Shown here in pieces: positions 41,236-53,309 of a DNA stretch of 64,000 nt. The position numbers were made by a program, and so were the translations under genes. The DNA is from Octopus bimaculoides. Lineage: Eukaryota. The notes beneath the pieces were generated by a model. It ran no database searches, was not told the DNA's origin, and worked only from the letters and a program-made list of their open reading frames with translations. Where the stretch lies: the NCBI RefSeq assembly GCF_001194135.2, contig NC_069000.1, positions 18,512,661 through 18,576,660 of the forward strand, written 5' to 3'. Position 1 is the stretch's first letter; each line of letters starts with the position of its first letter.

Positions 41236-42016
41236 AGACCATAACTAATTTCATTGGGCCCTTGCTATTTCACCAACACAGGCAATCATTCATTTCTTCA
41301 CAACCTTCATATTTCATGGACACAGATCATCACTAGTTTACTTGGACCCTAGATAATAATTGTTCCACCCTTAAGAAATTTGTTCAACATTTCAAAAAAT
41401 TTGGTCCCATTATATTTCTGGATCTGCTCAATATGAAGGTTCCTACTTCAGCTTTTTACCTTATTATTCAAAGTTTCCTTTCTATTTGATTAAAACTCAG
41501 GTTTTAATCAAATCTTGACTAGGATTTGTTTTTGTTCATTTTGTTTTGCTTTTATTTGGTTATTTTTACATCGGCAACAGTTCAGATTTACAACAGACAT
41601 CGTGTGTTTATTTTTTTGGTGGTGACGGACATGGTGGTGTTTGTACTATTTTACTGGTTTCAGTCACTGGACTGTGGTTATATGTTGGGACACTTGTTTC
41701 AAGGGTTTCAGTCAATCATAAATCAACCCCCATACTTGTCTTAGTCCGGTAATTATCTTATCAATCCCTATTTATTGAATGGTTAAGTTACCATTTGGTG
41801 TAAAAGAACACAACTTGAAGCAAACTAAACACACAAACATACACACATAATGAACTTCAGCACAGTTTCTGTCAAACCAAATTCCACACACAAAGCAGTG
41901 CTCAACTTGTGACTGCAGTAGCCACTTGCCAAGGTGTCATGCAGTGGAATCAAACACTGAACTACTTGGATAGAAAAGAACTTCCTAAACTACCTGGCTA
42001 GACTTTCATCTACTCA

Positions 42017-42055
<39 letters not shown>

Positions 42056-42557
42056 TTCTATTGTTTTCTTTTTAAAGTATCTTACAATCCATCATATGAA
42101 ATCCCCTGAGAAAATTAAAACAAAGTTTTATCCCTGAAGTCATCAATGCAATTATCAAAAACTGAGACCCTTGGTTTTTTTTTTTTTTTTTTACCTTTCT
42201 ATTTCTCACCTCTCAAAAAAAAAAAAAAATCATGATCTTGGTTTGCATCCAATAATAATTATATTATTATTATAATTATTATTTTTTTCCACTTTGTAAA
42301 CTGACAGCATGTTAATGAACAAGCATATTTAACCATTGATAGAAAATCCAATACATAACCAATATGCATTTAGTAAACTCTGTGTGTGTGTGTGAGTGTG
42401 TGTTTGCATGCTCATGTGTGTGTATAAATATATATTTTGAACAAAGTATATTTAAACCAATAATTCATTGGTTGGTTGTTGTATGATGATGAATGCAGAT
42501 TTGACAATTGTTTCTTGTCTCTTAGGTTGAGACTATCCCTACAAATGATTTAATCTT

Positions 42558-42576
42558 TTGTATTTATTTTTATTGT
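42558..42576 (-). terminator. Candidate tandem AATAAA polyadenylation signals of the ZF gene
   Basis: + strand gtatttatttttattg reads caataaaaataaatac on minus, about 370 nt after the stop. AATAAA is common in AT-rich DNA. Confidence 0.25.
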
Positions 42577-42939
42577 TCTTCATTCATTTTATTTTCTTCT
42601 TTCTTTTTCAGATTAGTAGCATAATATTTTACCAATGTCTCTTTTTTTTCAGTATCTGAATTCTGATTGATAATATATCAATATGCAATACATACATAAA
42701 CATGTATATATATAAATATATATATATATATGAATATATTTTGTTTTTCTTCTTCAATATTATCTCATAGATTTAATAAACATTAGAAAAATTAAAAAAA
42801 AAAAGCTGATTGCATATTTAACCATATTTTTTCAAGAGAGTTGTTTTGATATCAATACAATAAAGTTGCAGAGTTATCAAACTTTCTTTTGTGAAATCAT
42901 TAACTGACGAGAGGAAAAACAGACATGATTGGTTAGTTT

Positions 42940-43260
<321 letters not shown>

Positions 43261-43452
43261 TCAATTATCACACTGATCTAACTAAAAGGTGTATAAACCA
43301 TGGCTGTGTGGTAGGGAGCTTGCTTCCTAACCACATGGTTCCGAGTTCAGTCCCACTGCATGGCACCTTGGACAAGTGTCTTCTACTATAGCCTCAGGCC
43401 AACCAAAGCTTTGTGAATGGATTTGGTAGAAGGAAACTGAAAGAAGCCTGTC

Positions 43453-43490
<38 letters not shown>

Positions 43491-44329
43491 CTCCCTATCA
43501 CTGCTTGACAACTGGTGTTAGTGTGTTTACGTCCTGTAACTTAGTGGTTCGGCAAAAGAGACCGATAGAATAAGTACTAGCTTTAAAAAAAGAAATAAGT
43601 CTAGGGGTTGATTTGTTTGGATGAAAGTCCATGAAGGTGGTGCTCCAGCATGGCTGCAGCCAAATGACTGGAACAGGTGAAAGAAGAAAAAAATAAAAAA
43701 TAAAAGGATGTATGCATTTGTGTACTTTGATGTGTGTATATATGCAGGTAACCACACAAAAGGTATCAAGCTAGACCAGGTTGACAAAAATAACCCTTTA
43801 GCATTTAAACTGGCCATATATGGTCAAAATATTCTACCTGTTTTATGTTCACACTGACCAGATCCAGCCTTTTCAACCTACCCTACAATGTCATTCTAAA
43901 AATAAACAATCAGATTATTTGAAATCTTGAAGCTATAAGATGATGCATATAAGATGGTACATTTGCAAGTGGTATTACATGTGTTAAAACATTTTGCTAT
44001 CAATATACCTTCACTTTCAAATTTCTAAGATTAATTTAATTTTCTGGTCTATTAAATTCCTTTTTAGATGATTGGACATCAACAATATTTCAACCCCACA
44101 AATAGGTGTGGATGTGGCTGTGCAGGTGAGAAGCTTGCTTCCTGACCATGTGATCTTGGGTTCAGTTCTACTCTCTGGCACTTTGGGTAGCTGTCTTCTA
44201 CTTTAGATCCAGGTTGACCAAAGCCTTATGAGTAGATTTGGTAGCCAGAAACTGAAAGAAGCCTATTGTGTGTGCATGTATACATATAAATATGTATATA
44301 TGTGTGTGTGTGTGTGTGTGTGAGAAACC

Positions 44330-44650
44330 CCCTTTGGTCATGAATGACCATGGGATTGCATCTAGAAAATTCCCCTTTGAGACACAAGTCCGGGCAAGAT
44401 TGTTTGTGGAAGATCAGCAGTCGCCCATGCATACCAGCCACCCTTCTCCATGCCACCGATATTATCCAAGGGAATGGCAAGGGCCAATACAGTTTGGCAC
44501 CAGTGACATCGCAACTCATTTCTACAGCTGAGTGAACTGGAGCAATGTGAAATAAAGTGTTTTTCTCAAGAACACAACACACAGCCCGGCCCAGGAATCG
44601 AACTCACTACCTCATGATTGTGAGCCCAATGCTCTAACCACTGAACCACT
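44330..44650 (-). mobile_element. tRNA-derived SINE related to family C; second copy at about 53975-54305
   Basis: Head TGGTTAGAGCATTGGGCTCACAATCATGAGG..GAGTTCGATTCC, then tgttcttgagaaaacactttatttc; both copies share body and tail. Confidence 0.8.
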
Positions 44651-46241
44651 TAAGATTCATTACAGCTGTTTCAGACATGTTTTTTGTTAATGAATAAATT
44701 AATTACATCACCTTTTTCTTTAGGTGAATTAAAATTAAGATAAAATTTAATATTCAGGATTTTTCACACACAGAATATAGAATACATATTTTACTCTCTC
44801 ATCTCTCTGTCTCTGTCTCTCTCTCACACACACACATGTGCATGTGTGTATATGTGTGTTTCTTATTTCTTTACTGCCCACAAGGGGCTACACACAGAGG
44901 GGACAAACAAGGACAGACAAAGCAGTTAAGTCGATTACATCGACCCCGGTGTGTAACTGATACTTAATTTATTGACCCCGAAAGGATGAAAGGCAAAGTC
45001 AACCTCAGCAGAATTTGAACTCAGAACGTAATGGCAGACGAAATACTGCTAAGCATTTCGCCCGGCGTGCTAACGTTTCTGCCAGCTCGCCGCCTTAGAA
45101 CACACAAATATGTGTGTATATGTGTGTTTCTGTGTACCCTATGTTAACATCATGGGCTGGTTGTAAGCAAGTATCACCGTCATACAACCAATATTGTTCA
45201 TTTCCAATCTTCCATGAAAATATAATGTATAGGGAAATATTACTTTGTTTGGAAAGCAGGTCGACAACAGTAATAAGGATCACTGGTCATAGGAAATCTG
45301 TCTCAACAAATTCCGTCTGATCCATGCAAGCATGGAAAAGCAGATGTTTAACGATGATGAAGATGATGATTTTTATAATCAGGAGTCTTGATCCTGAACA
45401 GATAAAAATAAGTCACCTGATTGTGGGAACTGGTCAAATTGATAACAGTATAATGCAGACACACACACACACACACATGTGAGGTTAATAACCTTTAAAA
45501 TTATAAACTTAATGACAATTCATTTAGCATTCTGTAATGCTTAAAATAAATTTTCTTATTAAATTACTCTAGCGAATATTTTACAAATAGTTAGTTATAT
45601 ACAATAACAATTAGTTATATACAATTAGGTCATTATAAATGTTGTGGAATATTATATTAAAGAAAAACGGATTTTCAGGAGAGTAAATAAGAAAAATAAA
45701 TAAACAATTTACATGCTTGAAACAATAATGCTTTTGTTAGCTGCATTCGCATAGTGCAATTTGATAATGAAAATAACATTGTTATTGTTGATAGTTAAAA
45801 ATGATACAACAATGACTGCTATAATATCTCTGTGCTTTGTTATTATTTCAATTTTATTTTTGAAATATGTGTTTGTTTCTTATAGAATTAATATTCATAG
45901 TTAATTTTTCTGAGGCCACTTGCAGTGTGACGTTACAATTGTAAAAAGGATTTGACATGAAGATAGTGAGAAAAACAAAATACTCTATAAAATAGGATAT
46001 TATTTGAGCTAGTGATGGACATGTCAAGTGTGTGTATGCCTGCCTGCCTGCATGCATGCATGCATGCATACATACATACATACATACATACATACATACA
46101 TACATACATACATACATACATACACTAAAAGAAAAGTTTAAATTCTGGTCATAGAGTTACCAGAATTTAAATTTTTGTGTTAATAATTACTGCTCTATTC
46201 GTTAGATTGTGCTCCTTTCCTGATATAAGTTTTATTGACTA

Positions 46242-47631
46242 CTAGCAGAAATACCCGGCGTTGCCCGGGTTAAAGAGAATAATGAAATCTAAAAACGCCG
46301 TCTAGACTACGCATCATCTTTATATATAGAGATGTATATACACACACGCACCCAAACACACGTATATATATGTATATCAATATAAATATATGAAAGTCAA
46401 TGAAGTTTCGTAAAAGGTGATCATGTACATACTTTCTTGCTGTTGTGATTATAACACCTCATTGTAAACTATGTTCCTTGTTTTCCCTTGTGGAGCATAT
46501 ACAAATAGGTTTTTTGTTGCTGCCCACTCTTGAGCAGCCAACATACAGTTGTCCATGTGNNNNNNNNNNNNNNNNNNNNNNNNNNNNNNNNNNNNNNNNN
46601 NNNNNNNNNNNNNNNNNNNNNNNNNNNNNNNNNNNNNNNNNNNNNNNNNNNNNNNNNNNNNNNNNNNNNNNNNNNNNNNNNNNNNNNNNNNNNNNNNNNN
46701 NNNNNNNNNNNNNNNNNNNNNNNNNNNNNNNNNNNNNNNNNNNNNNNNNNNNNNNNNNNNNNNNNNNNNNNNNNNNNNNNNNNNNNNNNNNNNNNNNNNN
46801 NNNNNNNNNNNNNNNNNNNNNNNNNNNNNNNNNNNNNNNNNNNNNNNNNNNNNNNNNNNNNNNNNNNNNNNNNNNNNNNNNNNNNNNNNNNNNNNNNNNN
46901 NNNNNNNNNNNNNNNNNNNNNNNNNNNNNNNNNNNNNNNNNNNNNNNNNNNNNNNNNNNNNNNNNNNNNNNNNNNNNNNNNNNNNNNNNNNNNNNNNNNN
47001 NNNNNNNNNNNNNNNNNNNNNNNNNNNNNNNNNNNNNNNNNNNNNNNNNNNNNNNNNNNNNNNNNNNNNNNNNNNNNNNNNNNNNNNNNNNNNNNNNNNN
47101 NNNNNNNNNNNNNNNNNNNNNNNNNNNNNNNNNNNNNNNNNNNNNNNNNNNNNNNNNNNNNNNNNNNNNNNNNNNNNNNNNNNNNNNNNNNNNNNNNNNN
47201 NNNNNNNNNNNNNNNNNNNNNNNNNNNNNNNNNNNNNNNNNNNNNNNNNNNNNNNNNNNNNNNNNNNNNNNNNNNNNNTCTTTCTGTCTCTCTTTTTCTC
47301 TCTTTCTCTCTCTGTGAAAGTATCTGTCACTACAGTATTGAAATGTGATTGTTTCAGTTAGTGGAATAGTTTCATTTTTAAAGTGAAAGTATTTGACATG
47401 AGTGTTTTTGTTTCACTTTTGACACGTAATACTTAAATAGTGGAGGAGATATTATGTTGCCGTGTGCTCGAACTCTGCAAGAAGTTAATAATTTTTTTTG
47501 ACTAAAACACAACTGGAACCCTAAGTAAGGCATGTGTAAAATTTGAATGAAATTGGTTGCGTAGTTCTCGAGTTTTAGGGATTCACACAGACAGACAGAC
47601 AGACACACATTCTCATTTTTATATATATAGA
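46242..47631 (-). mobile_element. Helitron with PIF1-helicase C-terminal remnant (spans an N gap)
   Basis: 5' A|TCTATATATATAAAA at 47631; 3' hairpin ACCCGG-gcaacg-CCGGGT (46253-46270) then CTAG|T at 46245-46242; HGQLYVGCSRVGSNKNLFVYAPQGKTRNIVYNEVL* at 46559-46449 (motif in a different frame before a frameshift). Confidence 0.88.
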
Positions 47632-49031
47632 TATATATTTATATACATATATTCTTTTACTTGACTGCAGCCATGCTGGAGCACTGCCTTAAAGGATTTT
47701 TTCTTAGTTGAAGAAATCGACCCCAGGACTTATTCTTTGTAAGCCTAGTACTTATTCTATTGGTTTCTTTTGTCAACAGACCATGTCTCACTTGTAAGTT
47801 TGTTTGCTTAGTTTCTATGGCTGGATGCATTTCCAAGTACTAGCCACTTTACAGAGTGTAGTGGGACCGTTTTATCATAACCCCAGCAGTAGATAGGACT
47901 GGGGTGAGAGAGCGATAGATAGCAAAAGGTGGATATATGTGAGTGAATAATGGATGTTGTTACCAAAGGGTCAATGGAGAGTACAGATAGTGTGTGTGTG
48001 TGTGTGTGGTGTACATGCAGGTCTGAGGAGATCCCTTAAGTATATACTTCAATGTGGTGAGAGAGTCAGGGTGAGAAGGAAGAAAGATGGTAGAGTGGAG
48101 TATTATAGAGAAGGTTAGCTAAATCCTACAGCACCCCCAGTTACACTGAAAGTAATGCACAGAGAGTTGAAGAGATCCACAGCTATCCTTTATCATATCA
48201 GTTTCAAATTTTGGCACAAGGCCAGCAATTTATCAGGAGAGAGTATGTTGATTACATCAATCCCAGTGCTCAGCTGGTACTTATTTTATCGACACTAAAA
48301 GGACGAAAGGCAAAGTTTACCTCGGTGGATTTTGAACTCAAAACATAACAACAAATGAAATGCCACAAATCATTTTGCTCGGCGTGCTAATGATTCTGCC
48401 AGCTTGCCATCTTGCTATTCTTTATCATATTGGCAGCATAGTACAGTGAGGATGAGAAGAGAGAATGATTGAAAGATGAGCTATAGGGGTATGAGTCCCA
48501 GAGGCATGATAAAGGCAAGGGTGATAGAGACATGGATGACATTGGTAAGGGTGACAGAGAGGAGAGCCATAGGCATGTTAGAAGGATTAGATGCTCTTAA
48601 GGAGGTTAAAGATAGTTTACACATACATATACATACATGTATAGAGTTTTATGTTTTGGTTGGCAAAATGATGTGTTCAATGCATTCATTAATCTAGAAG
48701 TGTACAGAATTAGGAATACAAATCTATACCCAAAAGCTTCGTAGAAGCAGTCTTGACCGGGTGATGAAAATACTTAAAAACATCATTTTTCAGTGCAGTA
48801 GAGTCACCCATACAAAGCTGGCAGCATGAAACCATCAAATATGTTTCTGCATCATTGGCACCCGCCCCGCCCCGCCACACATGAGGAGTTCAGAGTTTTT
48901 TGTGCCCCTAGAAAGACTCTTTGTTTCAGTATGACTGATAGGGTATTTGTTGAGGATTTAAGTAATTGAAATTAAATATTTTTGTTTAAGGACAGAACAA
49001 GAGCAATATGAGAAGCAAAAAGACACTTTAC

Positions 49032-49115
49032 CTGTGTGAATACGAATGTGAACTTTAAGATGACTGCGTTCTACGGTTGAATAATCACATTGACCACATT
49101 TGAATGGCTTCACAC
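49032..49115 (-). CDS. Zinc-finger gene exon C (84 nt, phase 1-1), exactly one C2H2 finger
   Basis: Acceptor ttttcttttatacAG|GT, donor CACACAG|GTAAAG. Translates (G)VKPFKCGQCDYSTVERSHLKVHIRIHT(G). Confidence 0.93.
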
Positions 49116-49261
49116 CTGTATAAAAGAAAAGGTAGAATCTGTAATACTTAGACTTCTGAGTTCAATCTCAGCAACATCAAATTCAGCTTCCATCATGCCA
49201 GGTTAATAAAATTAAAGTACAAGTCAAGTGCTGAGGTTAATAGAAATCACATTGTGTGTGT

Positions 49262-49311
<50 letters not shown>

Positions 49312-49679
49312 NNNNNNNNNNNNNNNNNNNNNNNNNNNNNNNNNNNNNNNNNNNNNNNNNNNNNNNNNNNNNNNNNNNNNNNNNNNNNNNNNNNNNNNNN
49401 NNNNNNNNNNNNNNNNNNNNNNNNNNNNNNNNNNNNNNNNNNNNNNNNNNNNNNNNNNNNNNNNNNNNNNNNNNNNNNNNNNNNNNNNNNNNNNNNNNNN
49501 NNNNNNNNNNNNNNNNNNNNNNNNNNNNNNNNNNNNNNNNNNNNNNNNNNNNNNNNNNNNNNNNNNNNNNNNNNNNNNNNNNNNNNNNNNNNNNNNNNNN
49601 NNNNNNNNNNNNNNNNNNNNNNNNNNNNNNNNNNNNNNNNNNNNNNNNNNNNNNNNNNNNNNNNNNNNNNNNNNNNNNN

Positions 49680-50003
49680 TCCTAACACCAACCACTCAGA
49701 GAGTGTAGTGGGTGCTTTTACGTGTCACCCGCACGAAAACGGCCATCCTCGAAATGGTGTCTTTTATGTGCCACCCGCACAAGCCAGTCCAGGGGCACTG
49801 GCAACGATCTCGCTCGAAAATCCTACGGGAGCCAGTCAGGCGGTACTGGCAACGGCCATGCTCAAAATGGTGCATCTCATGTGCCACCCGCACAAGAACC
49901 AGTCCAGGGGCACTGGCAACGATCTTACTTGGCTTGCCGGGTCTTCTCACGCACAGCACATTTCCAAAGGTCTCGGTCAGTAGTCATCGCCTCGGTGAGG
50001 CCC
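49680..50003 (-). mobile_element. RTE 3'-UTR copy; inverted partner of 60822-61142
   Basis: About 245 bp roughly 90% identical (by eye) to the reverse complement of 60822-61070. Confidence 0.85.
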
Positions 50004-50506
50004 AATATATATATATATATATAAATATGATGGACTCGCCCGTCAATTTCGATGTATGAGGCTCCGACAACATTTTCTTTGTCAACCATAATGCTTATGT
50101 TGATTGTGATATATATATATACATATATATATGCTCATATTTTTGTGGATGTTTGTATGAGCAAGTGTACTCATGCCATGCAGCTTGCCTGAGGGTGTTT
50201 ATACATCCATACCAGTTAACAGTTATTTCTAATACTTTTCTCTCTGGATTGCGTGTTTGTTTCTCTTTTTCTCATCTGTGATTTTATTTTTCATCTTCTC
50301 TATAATGAAAGATATTTCCTCCGTCTGGCTGCTTTTCTCTCTACAGAACGGAAAGTTACATTGCAGAACAGTAATTTTAACGAGTTGTATTTATTTATCA
50401 CCCGACGAGATACATCTGCATCACTGGATGCTCCTGAATCAGTTGTTGAGTGTCCCACCCAAGAGGAATCAATGCTAGATGTGCGAAAACAACTGTCGTG
50501 ATTAAT

Positions 50507-50522
50507 AAATTCTCGTGCTATA

Positions 50523-50554
<32 letters not shown>

Positions 50555-50568
50555 ATTCTCGTGCTATA

Positions 50569-50600
<32 letters not shown>

Positions 50601-50618
50601 ATTCTCGTGCTATATATT
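50507..50618. repeat. Tandem repeat aattctcgtgctatatatttattt(at)n, at least 3 copies running into an N gap
   Basis: Unit seen three times before the 50619-51538 gap. Confidence 0.8.
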
Positions 50619-51571
50619 NNNNNNNNNNNNNNNNNNNNNNNNNNNNNNNNNNNNNNNNNNNNNNNNNNNNNNNNNNNNNNNNNNNNNNNNNNNNNNNNNN
50701 NNNNNNNNNNNNNNNNNNNNNNNNNNNNNNNNNNNNNNNNNNNNNNNNNNNNNNNNNNNNNNNNNNNNNNNNNNNNNNNNNNNNNNNNNNNNNNNNNNNN
50801 NNNNNNNNNNNNNNNNNNNNNNNNNNNNNNNNNNNNNNNNNNNNNNNNNNNNNNNNNNNNNNNNNNNNNNNNNNNNNNNNNNNNNNNNNNNNNNNNNNNN
50901 NNNNNNNNNNNNNNNNNNNNNNNNNNNNNNNNNNNNNNNNNNNNNNNNNNNNNNNNNNNNNNNNNNNNNNNNNNNNNNNNNNNNNNNNNNNNNNNNNNNN
51001 NNNNNNNNNNNNNNNNNNNNNNNNNNNNNNNNNNNNNNNNNNNNNNNNNNNNNNNNNNNNNNNNNNNNNNNNNNNNNNNNNNNNNNNNNNNNNNNNNNNN
51101 NNNNNNNNNNNNNNNNNNNNNNNNNNNNNNNNNNNNNNNNNNNNNNNNNNNNNNNNNNNNNNNNNNNNNNNNNNNNNNNNNNNNNNNNNNNNNNNNNNNN
51201 NNNNNNNNNNNNNNNNNNNNNNNNNNNNNNNNNNNNNNNNNNNNNNNNNNNNNNNNNNNNNNNNNNNNNNNNNNNNNNNNNNNNNNNNNNNNNNNNNNNN
51301 NNNNNNNNNNNNNNNNNNNNNNNNNNNNNNNNNNNNNNNNNNNNNNNNNNNNNNNNNNNNNNNNNNNNNNNNNNNNNNNNNNNNNNNNNNNNNNNNNNNN
51401 NNNNNNNNNNNNNNNNNNNNNNNNNNNNNNNNNNNNNNNNNNNNNNNNNNNNNNNNNNNNNNNNNNNNNNNNNNNNNNNNNNNNNNNNNNNNNNNNNNNN
51501 NNNNNNNNNNNNNNNNNNNNNNNNNNNNNNNNNNNNNNATATATATATATGGAGAGAGAGAGAGAGAGAGA

Positions 51572-52379
51572 GATCAAAACAGTTTAATTCAAATTTGTTG
51601 GTACTCTTGAGTTTCAAGTGTGATGCTAGTTGTCAGCCATTTTGAATTTGATTGACAGAAGTTTATTGTTATTACCATAAGGCGGGCTGTGAGTGGTGGA
51701 GGTGGGTTACGCGGTGTTGTGGTTTGATGTTGGTATATGGTTAACAGTTAGTTGGAAAATATCACATGGTGAACAGGAAATTGATCACGTGGAGGACAGG
51801 AAATAGACCACATGGCAATTAAGAACTTGGTGAGGTTGTCGGGGAGGAAGTAGGAAGGGGAGGCATGTGCAAATATTATAGCTCTATATGTGGGTGTGTC
51901 CATATAAATGAATATGCATGTGTGCATGTGTATGCATATGCACATGTAGATGTGTGCACACATGCATGTTTGTCCAAGTGTATGTGTGTGTGTGCATGTG
52001 CACAGACATTCATGCCCATGTACAGATGCGCATGCTTACATCAATATATGCATACATGCAAAACTATATGAGCGTGTCTACTCACCCACATATAGAACTA
52101 TATAATTACACATGCTGCCCCTTTCTACTTACCCCACTCCAACAACCTGACAGATTTCCTAATCATCATGTGGCCTGTTTCCTGTCTTCCACGTGGTCAA
52201 TTTCCTGTTCACCATGTCATATTTTTCAACTAACTGTTACCTATATAACCACAACCAATTGCAGCCCACCTTATAGTAATAAGGATCAACTTCAGTCAGT
52301 CAAATTCAAAATAGCTGACAACTAGCATCATGCTTGAAATTCAAGAGTACCAATGAATTTGAATCAAACTGTTTTGATC
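51572..52379. repeat. Foldback element, ~350-bp inverted arms around a ~130-bp CA/TG-rich spacer
   Basis: gatcaaaacagttt..ggtactcttga.. at left is the reverse complement of ..tcaagagtacc..aaactgttttgatc at right; about 80% identity by eye. Confidence 0.88.
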
Positions 52380-52393
52380 CATACATGAAGAGA

Positions 52394-53309
52394 ACATATG
52401 GTAGTTTTGCTGGGTCTGTTGCTTGAAAAAAGTGCTTTAATTGATCTGTACACCATTTAAAGTTAATATACATATATGTGTATGCCTGTGTGTGTGTGTC
52501 TGTGTACATGAGAGAACCTGTGGAAGAAGTAGACCCAGGAAGATCTTGGAAAGACCTGGCAAATCAAGTGAGACTCTCACTGTGGCCTATGCCAGTGCAG
52601 CATAACCAGCCCGTCTAAGAGTACCCTTCAATCATTGGGCAATAAACTGCACTTGCGAAGACCTGTTGAGTCAAGTGAAGTCATTGTCGTCGCTGATGAC
52701 AGTACTGCCTGATTTGCACCTGTGCTGGTGGCATGTGAAAAGCACCATTTGAGTGTGAACGTTGCCAGTGCCACCTGACTGGTCCCATGCCGGTGGTACG
52801 GAAAAAGCACCATTCGAGAGTGGTTGTTGCCAGTGTTGCTTGACTGGCTCCTGTGCCAGTGGCACGTAAAAAGCACTATTCAAGCGTGGTCAATGCCAGT
52901 ACTGCTTGACTGGCCCTCGTGCTGGTGGCATGTAAAAAGCACCCACTACACTCTTGGAGTGGTTGGCATTAGGAAGGGCATTCAGCTGTAGAAACTTTGT
53001 TAGATCAGATTGGCGCCTGGTGCAGCCTTCTGGCTCACCAGCCATCAGTCAAACTGTCCAACCCATGCCAGCTTGAAAAGCAGATGATGACAACGACGAC
53101 GATGATGATGATATATATATATATATATATATATATGCATATTCACACATATATATATATATATATACATGATACAAGCATATTATGTATGTACACACAT
53201 ACACACACACACACACAGAGGCATACACATGTATATTAACTTTAAATGGTGTACAGATCAATTAAAGCACTTTTTTTCAAGCAACAGACCCAGCAAAACT
53301 ACCATATGT
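52394..53309. repeat. Near-perfect 80-bp inverted repeat arms (extendable to ~105 bp) bracketing an RTE fragment
   Basis: 52394-52473 vs 53229-53309 differ only by one T in a homopolymer. Confidence 0.92.
52510..53110 (+). mobile_element. RTE 3' end with internal ~65-bp tandem units and (GAT)n tail
   Basis: Repeated gttgccagtg..gactgg..gtggcacgtaaaaagcac units, tail ggagtggttggcattaggaagggc..ccaacccatgccagc..(gat)n. Related pieces at 1328-1380, 11820-11940, 17305-17628, 20340-20490, 56000-56520, 59630-60300, 62060-62510. Confidence 0.85.

Noticed and set aside
46445-51617. Long ORFs composed mostly of X (also 8082-8894, 21199-21733, 32668-33368, 61056-61585)
   Set aside because: Artefacts of N gaps lacking stop codons.
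52640-52960. Regular ~65-bp repeats that superficially resemble a CRISPR array (also 49740-49930, 56170-56330, 60820-61030)
   Set aside because: Internal tandem units of the RTE 3' UTR; no unique spacers, no cas genes, eukaryotic context.
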